In this document: positions 22,649 through 31,261 of the stretch, in pieces
How the letters are laid out: each line of letters starts with the position of its first letter
Position numbering within the stretch: position 1 is the stretch's first letter
NCBI GenBank assembly: GCA_016188965.1
Contig: JACPGT010000005.1
Span: 65,989-129,988 of the forward strand
DNA length: 64,000 nucleotides
Direction: 5' to 3'
Origin: Candidatus Micrarchaeota archaeon
Lineage (GTDB): Archaea > Micrarchaeota > Micrarchaeia > Norongarragalinales > Norongarragalinaceae
Notes under the pieces: model-generated
Told to the model about the DNA's origin: nothing
The model's input: only the letters and a program-made list of their open reading frames with translations
The model's database searches: none
Made by a program: the position numbers and the translations under genes

Positions 22649-22888
22649 CACGCGGAGCTCAAAAAAAAAAACATGCCGGAAAAAAGGATGAAAGCCCGCA
22701 TATACAACGGGCTGAAAAAGAAAAAAGAAGCCAGCGTTCAATGCGGTACAACGAACGCGACTCCCGAATCAGCCGGCTACGCCCCAGACTGCTCCGAGGG
22801 CGACGGCCGCTGACACCCATTCGACGACTTCCTCATCTCTGTCCGAATTCATGACCATCCCCCTGCACTTGAGCGTTGAAGCATTCGG

Positions 22889-23575
22889 TCAACCGAAGCC
22901 CAGACCCAAGAGACCGCCTGCGCTACCAACCGCGCTGCCAGTGGCTGACGCGCCCGACTCGCCGGCACCTGCCGCAGAATCGGACGCACTGCCAGACGCC
23001 GAACCGCCGGCCGAACCCGTGGCACTGCCTGCACCCGAATCCGAGCCAGCCGGGCCGCCGATGATGCCGGCGCTACCGGACGTACTGCCCGGCGTCGCAC
23101 CACTTGCCGAACCGCTGAAACCGCCGAAGAAATTCCCGGAAGTAACCGCAGTTCCTCTGGCTTGCGAACCGGCCGAACTGGAAGCGTCTGACTGCGTCGA
23201 ACCACCGGCGATTCCGGAACCGGAGGCAAACAATCCGCCGAAAAGGCCAACGTCGCCACCGCTGGACGCCTCGCCCTGCGATGCGTCCGAATACACGCCA
23301 TGCGCAACGAAAGCATCCGTCGCCATCTGGAAGCCAAACGACCGGCCCGATTCGTTCGATGCCGACGCGCCGCCGGAAAACGCCGACTGCAACGACGCGC
23401 CAACGTTCGCCATGAACGCGAAGAAACCGTCGAGAAGGCCGCTCGAGCTTCCGCCGGCCTGGCTATCAGCCGTTGCGAAAAGACCCAGCGAGGCCGAGCT
23501 GTCGGCTAACGCCAAGCTACTGAATGCCAACACGAACGCGCCCAACAACGTCAAGCGCAATGCAACACCCGACAT
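22889..23575 (-). CDS. Secreted Gly/Ser/Ala-rich low-complexity protein
   Basis: Signal peptide MSGVALRLTLLGAFVLAFSSLALA with GAGGGG 7 nt upstream of the ATG. Same strand as the two upstream secreted-protein genes. Confidence 0.55.
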   Translation of the reverse strand: MSGVALRLTLLGAFVLAFSSLALADSSASLGLFATADSQAGGSSSGLLDGFFAFMANVGASLQSAFSGGASASNESGRSFGFQMATDAFVAHGVYSDASQGEASSGGDVGLFGGLFASGSGIAGGSTQSDASSSAGSQARGTAVTSGNFFGGFSGSASGATPGSTSGSAGIIGGPAGSDSGAGSATGSAGGSASGSASDSAAGAGESGASATGSAVGSAGGLLGLGFG

Positions 23576-23633
23576 GCATAACCCCTCGTCTTTCTAAACC
23601 TGACACTGCATGGACGCAAAGATCCGTCCAGGA

Positions 23634-23900
23634 CTACTTGAAATCCGAATCATCCACGTCACCCGTGGACTGAAAATCGGCCGACCACTGCTCGAACTGG
23701 CCGAATTGCGCGTCGGCCGAATCCACCGAATTCAAATCACCGGAGTACGCGCCCGGCGACGGATTCGCCGTCGGACTTGCGGATGCCGAAGGACCCGGCT
23801 GCGTACAACCGGCCAGAGCCAACGCGCCGACCAGCAAAACACCCAGCCAAAAGCCCAATCGGGCGAACCTGCGCACCCCAACATTTTCCGTTGAGTCCAT
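23634..23900 (-). CDS. Small lipobox protein with acidic C-terminal tail
   Basis: Hydrophobic segment ending in LALAGC, then a P/S/A linker and an acidic tail (GDLNSVDSADAQ...DVDDSDFK). Its paralog occupies the same position at 28039-28407. Confidence 0.55.
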   Translation of the reverse strand: MDSTENVGVRRFARLGFWLGVLLVGALALAGCTQPGPSASASPTANPSPGAYSGDLNSVDSADAQFGQFEQWSADFQSTGDVDDSDFK

Positions 23901-23947
23901 CCACGTCAACCCCGAAAACCATCCAAAATCGAAAAAGGAAAAAAAAA

Positions 23948-25345
23948 CTAACCGGGAAGACCGGCCGAACCGGCCACGCCACCTGCACCGGACGCGCCGG
24001 CGCCGACGGAGCCGCCTGTAGCCGCAGCCGAAACACCGGCAGAGCCGGACGCGCTGCCGCTGGCGGACGCACCCGACGAACCGGCCTGGCCTTCCAAGCT
24101 GACGGATGCCGAACCGGCGACCTGGGCCGAAGCGCTGGGCGACGGCGTGGCTGACGGGGACGCCGTCGGACTGGGGGTAGCGCTCGGCGTTGCACTGGGC
24201 GACGCCGTGGGCGTAGGCGACACCGACTCATCCTCGTCCTCTCCGTCATCATCTCCATCGCCGGAACGAACGCCCAAACCCAAGCCTAAGCCCAGGCCGT
24301 TGTTGCCGATCTTGACCTTGACGCCGCCTTTGCCCATACCGTCCACACGGAAGCCTTCGCCCAAGTGAAGGCCCAGCGAAACGCGCAGGCCATCCTTGAG
24401 TGAAGCCGGAGGCATTTCCGTACGGAATGCCTCCGCCAGCTCGTGATTGATCGTCTTTTGGATGGCCACCTTCAAGTGAACCAAACCTCGGTGCGCCTGG
24501 CGCAAGTGGAACATGGCCTCCTCCATCGTCGAGGCGTTCGCCGCGGCCTGCAACGACGCATTCACGCTGGCCGATGCTTCGGCCAGGCCCTGCGTCGAGA
24601 AGTTCGCCGCCGCCAAGCGGTCGATGACGCCGTCCAGACGCGCCAGCACCGAGCCGGCACGGGCGATAGCCGCCTCCAAGCGGATGGACACCAGGTCTTG
24701 AGCCACGGCTTGGCGGAACTCACGCCACTTCGCATTGAACTCCCGCACCACGGCGCGTATTTCCGCCGTCGTGTTCGACGCGTTCAGCTTGACCTTCTGC
24801 GCCTCGGCAAAAGCCTTGAACTCGGCGACCAGCGTCGCGTTGGCGCCTTCCGACTCCAAGCGCTCCGCCAACGCCACGCGCTCGTCGAACGCCGCGGCGA
24901 TCTTGGCCTTGGCCACCAGCATCAATTCCGCCCGTTCCTCGGCCGTCAACTCGCCCTTGGCGCGGATTTTTGCCAAACGCTCTTGTAGTTTTTCCTGGCG
25001 CTCGCGCGTCTTTTCCAACGCTTTTTCGCGCTGTTCCTGGATCTTTTCGAACGCCGCACCGAAACGCGCCTCGATGCGTTCCTTCAACTCGGCCTCGCGC
25101 TCCTCGGCCTCTTCGGCCAATTCTTCAGCGCGCGCCTGCAGACGCTCGCGCATCTCGGCCTGCAATTCCTGCGCGGCCTGCAAACTTTGCGAAGCCTGGG
25201 CGTCAGCATTGGCCGCAACCGCGGCTTGGGCCGAACCGGAGATGCCGACGGATCCGGATGAATCCGCGGCAACCGTTCCGGCAAACCCCAACAGCAAAGC
25301 GCCTAACAATAGGACGCCCAATCCGCTTCGAACCAAATCCGTCAT
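23948..25345 (-). CDS. Secreted/anchored alpha-helical glycoprotein, paralog family member 1
   Basis: I chose the start at 25345 because AGGTGGATTGGAATG mirrors the paralog's start context. An N-terminal TM/signal is followed by a long charged helical region, many N-x-S/T sequons and an S/T/P/G tail. Clearly homologous to 28415-29596. Confidence 0.7.
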   Translation of the reverse strand: MTDLVRSGLGVLLLGALLLGFAGTVAADSSGSVGISGSAQAAVAANADAQASQSLQAAQELQAEMRERLQARAEELAEEAEEREAELKERIEARFGAAFEKIQEQREKALEKTRERQEKLQERLAKIRAKGELTAEERAELMLVAKAKIAAAFDERVALAERLESEGANATLVAEFKAFAEAQKVKLNASNTTAEIRAVVREFNAKWREFRQAVAQDLVSIRLEAAIARAGSVLARLDGVIDRLAAANFSTQGLAEASASVNASLQAAANASTMEEAMFHLRQAHRGLVHLKVAIQKTINHELAEAFRTEMPPASLKDGLRVSLGLHLGEGFRVDGMGKGGVKVKIGNNGLGLGLGLGVRSGDGDDDGEDEDESVSPTPTASPSATPSATPSPTASPSATPSPSASAQVAGSASVSLEGQAGSSGASASGSASGSAGVSAAATGGSVGAGASGAGGVAGSAGLPG

Positions 25346-25555
25346 TCCAATCCACCTTTCCATTCCAGTTTCAACCATCCCCATCCACGCGCAATGCACT
25401 CACCGAGAACACAGCACGCGTTTGCAATACACACCCCGGCATCGGTATTCTTAAACAAACTTGCCGGATGGTGAAAAACAAAGCTTCAGGAAGCCTCCAA
25501 AAAATGAAAAAAACTTTGTCCGAACTCCGTTGGCTTCAGGGATTGCCTCAAAAAA

Positions 25556-25569
25556 GGTGAAGCTTCACC
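25556..25569. promoter_or_regulatory. Perfect 14-bp palindrome GGTGAAGCTTCACC in a divergent promoter region (candidate operator)
   Basis: Lies between the secreted-protein operon (start 25345, minus strand) and the HTH_10 regulator (start 25636, plus strand). The related motif CTTCACCRAGGC recurs at 29758-29789. Confidence 0.35.
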
Positions 25570-25635
25570 GAGGCGCGATGGATTCAAACCACGTCTCCCA
25601 AGCGCTTTTCTACCCCGATTTCCCCACACTGAACC

Positions 25636-26286
25636 ATGTGGGTAGCACAAATGAGAGTCTGGCATTCGGATTCCTACGTTACGGAAAAGACGCGCTTGAT
25701 TGACGCCGGAATGGCGTGCCTCTACTTGAACACCTTCGAAGACCGCGGCAAAACCCACCTCTCCCGCGTGGCCTTGATCTATGGCCCAGATTCGGAAAAA
25801 CTCATCCGGACCATCCAAACGGACCCGCGCCTCAAAGTCGAAGACATCGTCGGCCGGCAGGTCTTCTTCACCATGCCGATTTCCAACGTGTTCCACCCGC
25901 TTTTGATGGATCGCAGCGTCTTCTTCCTCAAACCCGTGACCGCCGAAAAAGGCATCGAGCACTGGACCGTCGGCGCTTACCGCAAACTCGACCTCAAACG
26001 CCTCTACAACAAAATCAACGCGCTCAAACCCCAGGCAGGCGCGGAATGGGTATCCCTCAAAAAAGAACGCCTCGACTTATTCGCCCAGAATTCCTTCCAA
26101 CGCCTAAGCCCCAAACAACGCTGGGCTTTCGAGACGGCCTGCGCCCACGGATACTACACCTACCCTCGCAAGACGGACCTACAGCAACTTGCCCGCCGCT
26201 TGAAAGTTCCGACCAGCACGCTGCGCATCCACCTGCGCAAGGCCGAAGCCAAACTCATGCCCGCCCTCGGCCAAGCCCTATACTAA
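25636..26286 (+). CDS. Transcription regulator with C-terminal HTH_10 (Bat-like) domain
   Basis: LSPKQRWAFETACAHGYYTYPRKTDLQQLARRLKVPTSTLRIHLRKAEAKL matches the archaeal HTH_10 pattern. Confidence 0.7.
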   Translation: MWVAQMRVWHSDSYVTEKTRLIDAGMACLYLNTFEDRGKTHLSRVALIYGPDSEKLIRTIQTDPRLKVEDIVGRQVFFTMPISNVFHPLLMDRSVFFLKPVTAEKGIEHWTVGAYRKLDLKRLYNKINALKPQAGAEWVSLKKERLDLFAQNSFQRLSPKQRWAFETACAHGYYTYPRKTDLQQLARRLKVPTSTLRIHLRKAEAKLMPALGQALY

Positions 26287-26474
26287 CATGGCTAATAGCC
26301 ATAGCGCTACAAAAGACATAAGCTACGAGGATTGCAGCAACCATGCATGATCGAACTTCTCGCAACGGCCGCAGCCGCCTTCCTTGCCGCCTGGTGGCTT
26401 TGGCAAGACCCGAAAAACCGAAAACCAAAAAACGAAGCCGCAGAGCCCGTCGAAATCCACGGATAGACGTGAAC

Positions 26475-27962
26475 ATGAAAATGCAATGGCACAACATCAA
26501 CGAAGAGGACGCAACCTCGCTTAACTTTCTCTATCCATTCATCGACGTCTACCCGCGGCACTTCAAGACGCGATTCGGCTTCGTGCCCCGCGTGGCGATG
26601 GAGCTGAAAAAGGACCACGTGCGCTACAACCTGCACGACTCGTTCGTCCAGCAGATGCCCCGGCTCTACCGCTGGCTGGCACAAAAGGAAAACTTCAAAA
26701 AACTGGACCGGAACGTCTGCGAAGAATCCGAAGAACTGCACCGGCAGAGCGATGCGACCCGGAAAAAAGACCTGGCCGCCATGGACGACACCGCCCTGGC
26801 CCAGGAAGCCGTCGCGCTGTCCGACGCGCTCTGCAGCCTCATCGGCTGGGGACTGCTGCCGCCGCTAATCGACTTTGCCGGCGAACACATATCCAAAGCC
26901 GCCCTGGAGGCCATCCAAACACAAATCGAGAAACGTAAACTCGCGGGCCACCCCTCGGAATACTTCGTCACCCTCACCACGCCGACCGACGACACCCTCA
27001 CCCGCCAGGAAGAACGCGCCATACTGGAATTGGCATCGGCGTTCCGAAAGGAAGCCATTCCGAAAGACATCACGTTTGACGAATTCAAAAAACGCTTTTT
27101 GACCCTTCAGGACAAAGCCAAACGACACGCGGAATGCTTCGTCTGGACGTACTTCGGCTACTGCGGCCCTGCGCTGACCACGGAAAAGACGTTCGAAAAG
27201 GCGTTGGAACTCTCGCAAAAAAACGACGTCGGAGCGCGTCTGGAAAAACAAAACCTCGAATTGGAAGCCCTGCGCCGCAGGCAAAGACAATACGAAGCCG
27301 AGTTGGGAATGGACGCGGCACAACAATGGTCCGTGCACGTCGCCCGCGAGAGCGTCCGGCTCAAGACCGTCCGAAAAGACGCCATGGTGCACTGCGCCTA
27401 CGCGCTGGACGCCGTCCTCCGCGAAGCCGCTCACCGCACAGGCATCTCGCTGAATTTCTTGCGCGCCGCCAAATCCGACGAACTGGCCGCGGTTTTGGAC
27501 GGCACGCTGGGCAGCGCCGAATTAGCCAGGCGGCACGAATGCCTGGTCTATCTGAACGACGACGCGGACACCACGTTGCTGCAAGGCCCGGCCGCGTACG
27601 CATTCTGCAAGGAACAGTTCAAGGAACCGGACGTGTCGGCCGAAAAACACCTCGTGGGTCAATGCGCGCGTCCCGGCAAGGCAACCGGCCGCGTCATAAT
27701 AATCGACAAGGCCGAACAAATGCACAAAATGCAAGACGGCGACATCCTCGTCTCAATCGCCACCACCCCGGAAATCGTGCCTGTGATGAAACGCGCGTCG
27801 GCCATCGTCACCGAAATCGGCGGCATCACGTCCCACGCCGCCATCGTATCCCGCGAATTGGGCATCCCCTGCCTCATCGGCACTAAAATCGCCACGAAAT
27901 GGTTGAAAGACGGCGACCAAGTGGAAGTAGACGCAACCAACGGCACCGTTCGCAAACTCTGA
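26475..27962 (+). CDS. Protein with C-terminal PEP-utilising-enzyme mobile (swivel His) domain and unrecognised N-terminal region
   Basis: The C-terminus is GKATGRVIII...DGDILVSIATTPEIVPVMKRASAIVTEIGGITSHAAIVSRELGIPCLIGT. Start taken at the internal ATG 26475. Confidence 0.7.
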   Translation: MKMQWHNINEEDATSLNFLYPFIDVYPRHFKTRFGFVPRVAMELKKDHVRYNLHDSFVQQMPRLYRWLAQKENFKKLDRNVCEESEELHRQSDATRKKDLAAMDDTALAQEAVALSDALCSLIGWGLLPPLIDFAGEHISKAALEAIQTQIEKRKLAGHPSEYFVTLTTPTDDTLTRQEERAILELASAFRKEAIPKDITFDEFKKRFLTLQDKAKRHAECFVWTYFGYCGPALTTEKTFEKALELSQKNDVGARLEKQNLELEALRRRQRQYEAELGMDAAQQWSVHVARESVRLKTVRKDAMVHCAYALDAVLREAAHRTGISLNFLRAAKSDELAAVLDGTLGSAELARRHECLVYLNDDADTTLLQGPAAYAFCKEQFKEPDVSAEKHLVGQCARPGKATGRVIIIDKAEQMHKMQDGDILVSIATTPEIVPVMKRASAIVTEIGGITSHAAIVSRELGIPCLIGTKIATKWLKDGDQVEVDATNGTVRKL

Positions 27963-28038
27963 CGGAAAAAGGCCAAACCCCGCGTGCGAGAAATCGGATA
28001 AGAAAAAAACGGGAAAAGAGAAAAAGGACGGCGGGCGT

Positions 28039-28407
28039 TCAGCCGCCTTCATCCGAATACTCGACGTCGCCGGCGGACAAGTCGCCCGAAAGCGAATCCA
28101 ACTCGTCCAGGTCCGAACTTGCCGAATCCAGGTCCTGCGACGTGGAATCATCCACGTAACCGCCCTGCGCCGCAGGCGTGGCCGATGCGGCAGAGGATCC
28201 CGTATCGGAGCCGGAAGGCGCAAGGCTTGCCGAAGGCGCGACCGAAGCTGTTGCCGACGCCACGGATCCGGACGGGCCGGATCCCGACGGAGCCAAAGTA
28301 GCCGACGGCGCCGGAGTGGGCACAGACGATGGCAGCGTGCAGCCGACCAGGACCAAGCCGGCCAGAAAGACGGCCATGAGCGCCAACGAGGAGAAATTCA
28401 CACCCAT
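28039..28407 (-). CDS. Small lipobox protein with acidic C-terminal tail (paralog of 23634-23900)
   Basis: LVLVGC lipobox, a P/S/A/T linker and an acidic tail (DLDSASSDLDELDSLSGDLSAGDVEYSDEGG). Starts 7 nt after the upstream stop. Confidence 0.55.
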   Translation of the reverse strand: MGVNFSSLALMAVFLAGLVLVGCTLPSSVPTPAPSATLAPSGSGPSGSVASATASVAPSASLAPSGSDTGSSAASATPAAQGGYVDDSTSQDLDSASSDLDELDSLSGDLSAGDVEYSDEGG

Positions 28408-28414
28408 GCACCCC

Positions 28415-29596
28415 TTAAGCTACAGCAGGTTCCGGGCTGCCGGCGGCTTCACCTGACCCAATCGTCGGGGGCGTTGAGGGCGAAGCGGAAGCCGCGGAAG
28501 ACCCAGAAGCGTCAATCGAACCGGTGATGGACAACGAAGCATCCGACGCAACCGTAGGCATAGGCACTTCGCGGTACGCCTCCACCAGTTCCTTGTTCAC
28601 CGTCCGCTGGATGGCGTTGCGCAAGTGTACCAAACCGGCTTGCACCTGGCGCAGGCGCGCCAAAGCATGTGGCACGTCCGGCTCGGCCAAAACAGTGTCC
28701 AAGCGGGCCGATACGGCGGCCGACGCGTTCATCAGCGCCGTCGTGTTGAATCCGGCGGCCGTCAGGCGGGCGATGACCGCGTCCAAACGGGCCAGGACCT
28801 GCCGCGACGCGTTCACGGATTGAACCAGTTTGGCCTTGAGCAAATCGCGGGCCACGGCCTGCTTGAAGACTCTCCAGCGCTGGTTGAACGCCACGACAAT
28901 GTCCTTTCGCGCTGAATGGTTCGACGCGTTGGCGAATTGGTCGCGCGCGGCCTGCGCATAGGCGACGAAATCCGCCACCAACGACGCGTTGGCGCCCTCG
29001 GCTTCCATCTTCTGCGCCAAGGCGATGCGCTGCTCGAACGCGGCTTTCACGTGCAGCTTGGACGCATCCGCCAGTTCCGCACGTTCGGACCCGTTCAAAT
29101 TAGCCTTAGCCTTGAGCGACTTAATCTTCAACGCCAACTCGGCCTCGCGCTCGCGCGCGGCTTGGACGGCGTCACGGCTTTTCTCCCGCAACTGTTCCAT
29201 CTTTTCCCGGGCGTTTTCCCGCGTGTCCCGGACGCGCTCCTGTGCCTGCTTCCGCGCGTCTTCAATTCGTTCCTTGGCGTTCTGGCGGGCTTTTTCCAGG
29301 CGCTGCTTTGCATTCTCGCGTGCCTCTTCTAAGCGTTCCTTGGCGTTTTCCCGAGCCTCGGCACGTTTATCCAACGCCTCCTTCACGCGGGCCTTGATGG
29401 GCAAAACGGGCGAGACTTCCGGAGTAGGCGAAACCGCGTCGGCCTGGACCGAAGCCTCGGCCGTTGCATCCGCCGAAGCGGCGACTTCTAACCCCGTCAC
29501 CGACGACGAATCCACGGACACGTCCAGCGCCGTGATACCCCCAGCCAATGCCAGCAACCCGGCCAACACGAAAAACGAACCATACTGCAACGACAT
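28415..29596 (-). CDS. Secreted/anchored alpha-helical glycoprotein, paralog family member 2
   Basis: Start at 29596 with AGGTGATTGGAATG. Long blocks are shared with member 1 (ERAEL...AAFEQRIALAQKMEAEGANASLVADF...FNQRWRVFKQAVARDL...VLARLDAVIARL...GLVHLRNAIQRT). Confidence 0.7.
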   Translation of the reverse strand: MSLQYGSFFVLAGLLALAGGITALDVSVDSSSVTGLEVAASADATAEASVQADAVSPTPEVSPVLPIKARVKEALDKRAEARENAKERLEEARENAKQRLEKARQNAKERIEDARKQAQERVRDTRENAREKMEQLREKSRDAVQAAREREAELALKIKSLKAKANLNGSERAELADASKLHVKAAFEQRIALAQKMEAEGANASLVADFVAYAQAARDQFANASNHSARKDIVVAFNQRWRVFKQAVARDLLKAKLVQSVNASRQVLARLDAVIARLTAAGFNTTALMNASAAVSARLDTVLAEPDVPHALARLRQVQAGLVHLRNAIQRTVNKELVEAYREVPMPTVASDASLSITGSIDASGSSAASASPSTPPTIGSGEAAGSPEPAVA

Positions 29597-29753
29597 TCCA
29601 ATCACCTGATACCTCGGACGCCCAAGGCAACCGAAAATCCGCCGTTCACCACGACGGAGCATCACTTTACGCCGTCAGTACCGGAGAGGGTTATTTATAC
29701 TTACTTACGATCCGAAACGAAAAAAAGCTTCAAAAGAATCGCGTTTGAAAAAA

Positions 29754-29789
29754 GAAGCTTCACCAAGGCTCGGATTCCTTCACCAAGGC
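29754..29789. promoter_or_regulatory. GAAGCTTCACC half-palindrome plus direct repeat CTTCACCAAGGC x2 (candidate operator)
   Basis: Lies between the paralogous secreted-protein operon (start 29596, minus strand) and the membrane wHTH regulator (start 29823, plus strand). Confidence 0.35.
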
Positions 29790-29822
29790 AGGTTTTTTAG
29801 GCGGGTCCGGCCATAGCATACC

Positions 29823-30536
29823 ATGCGCCAAACTTTTGCGGCCGTACTATGGTTATTGCTGATAGGCACCATCGCGTCAGCCGCCACCGTCTTTGGCACG
29901 ATTTACAGTGAAAACATCCAGCCGGCGCGCGCCGTCATCCAAATCAACACCACGCCGCAACAGCAAGTCATCACACCCGACGGCACCTACTCGTTTTCTC
30001 TAGCGCCCGGCGCTTACCGGCTGGCCGCCGTGGCCGCCAACGCATCGGCGGAAAAGACCGTCATCATCCAAGGGGACGGTGAATTCCGCATAGACTTGAT
30101 CCTTCTGCCCGGCGTGCCGGAGGAAGACGCCGCATTGGCCGACCTGTTGGACGTGCCGGACGTCAGCACGCCTGCGGACTCTCCGCAGTCTGCCGACTAT
30201 TCAGGACCTGCCGCCATCGTGCTGGCACTGCTGCTGGTGGCCGCGGTAATCTACGGTCAACGCCACCGTTTTGCGCGCACGGCATCCCACGCGCCGGACA
30301 CGCCGCCGCTTCCGCCCGCGTCGCCATCCGTCTCCACACGCGTCCTGACGGCCGACCAGCAGAAAGTCATGCAAGCGTTGTCGTCGTTCGGCAACCGCGC
30401 CTCGCAAAAAGACCTCCGCAAGGCCCTAGGCCAGTGGAGCGAAGCGAAAGTGTCCATGGAATTGACGGAGTTGGAGGACATCGGCGTTATCCAGAAAATC
30501 AAGAAAGGCCGCGGCAACGTCATCCGGCGAGCATAA
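29823..30536 (+). CDS. Membrane-anchored winged-helix regulator with extracytoplasmic CarboxypepD_reg-like domain
   Basis: A signal/TM segment, then a beta-sandwich-like region (TVFGTIYSENIQP...DGTYSFSLAPGAYRL), a TM helix, and C-terminal LTADQQKVMQALSSFGNRASQKDLRKAL...GVIQKIKKGRGNVI. Confidence 0.65.
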   Translation: MRQTFAAVLWLLLIGTIASAATVFGTIYSENIQPARAVIQINTTPQQQVITPDGTYSFSLAPGAYRLAAVAANASAEKTVIIQGDGEFRIDLILLPGVPEEDAALADLLDVPDVSTPADSPQSADYSGPAAIVLALLLVAAVIYGQRHRFARTASHAPDTPPLPPASPSVSTRVLTADQQKVMQALSSFGNRASQKDLRKALGQWSEAKVSMELTELEDIGVIQKIKKGRGNVIRRA

Positions 30537-30613
30537 AAGCACCGAAGCTCTTACACGAAAACCCGAAAAATCACGAAAGGTGAAACCGCATAAAAATCCT
30601 CGCCGTCTTACTA

Positions 30614-31114
30614 ATGGCTTCCGTCCTCTTTCTCGGCTGCATCCAAGCCCCAGGTGGCGCTTCGCCCACGGAAAAACCCATCTCTGAAATCGTCAAGGAA
30701 GACGTGCCCACGCCGACGATCAAGGCCAGCGTCACGCCGTTGGCATCCGCGAACGCAACGCCGGGCCAAAAGGTGACCGCAAGCCCCACCGCTGCCGCGA
30801 CGCCGGCTGGCACCGTTTCCACCACCGTCGTCGCCCAAGTCCGGGAGTTCGCCGTCGAACTGGACGACGATGGATTCTACCCCGACGCTATCACCGTGCA
30901 AAAAGGCGTGCCGGTCAGACTCACGCTGAAACTACGCGAACGCAACGTGTACTTCGGCGGCGCCGACGTCAAGTCGTCCGTCTTCAACGAGTTGGGCATG
31001 AAGCCGGGAGAAAGCCGGACCGTCGCCTTCACGCCGGAAACCTCGTTCGAAGCACAGGACATCTGGCCGGCATCCAACGTGCTGAAAGGCACGCTGAAAA
31101 TCAACGTTGAATGA
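30614..31114 (+). CDS. Lipobox protein with cupredoxin-like C-terminal domain
   Basis: LFLGC lipobox, a T/P/A linker, and a C-terminal beta domain (FAVELDDDGFYPDAITVQKGVPVRLTL...GTLKINVE). The N-terminus looks truncated with the ATG at 30614. Confidence 0.55.
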   Translation: MASVLFLGCIQAPGGASPTEKPISEIVKEDVPTPTIKASVTPLASANATPGQKVTASPTAAATPAGTVSTTVVAQVREFAVELDDDGFYPDAITVQKGVPVRLTLKLRERNVYFGGADVKSSVFNELGMKPGESRTVAFTPETSFEAQDIWPASNVLKGTLKINVE

Positions 31115-31261
31115 ACGGCAAGCACCCCCCTGCGTCCGAACGTGGCGCGACAGAAAAACCGGAAGACCGCGACAGACGTTGCCCGCCGGCATTTGTATGG
31201 TTTTTCTTACCCTGCGCACGCAGGACGCCGGCCCATCTGAAGCTTTAAAACCCGCCTTTTC

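Noticed and set aside
22851-23597. 248-aa Pro/Ala-rich ORF on the plus strand
   Set aside because: The opposite strand encodes a protein with a canonical signal peptide and a Shine-Dalgarno site, on the same strand as its neighbours. The plus-strand ORF looks like the mirror of that low-complexity gene.
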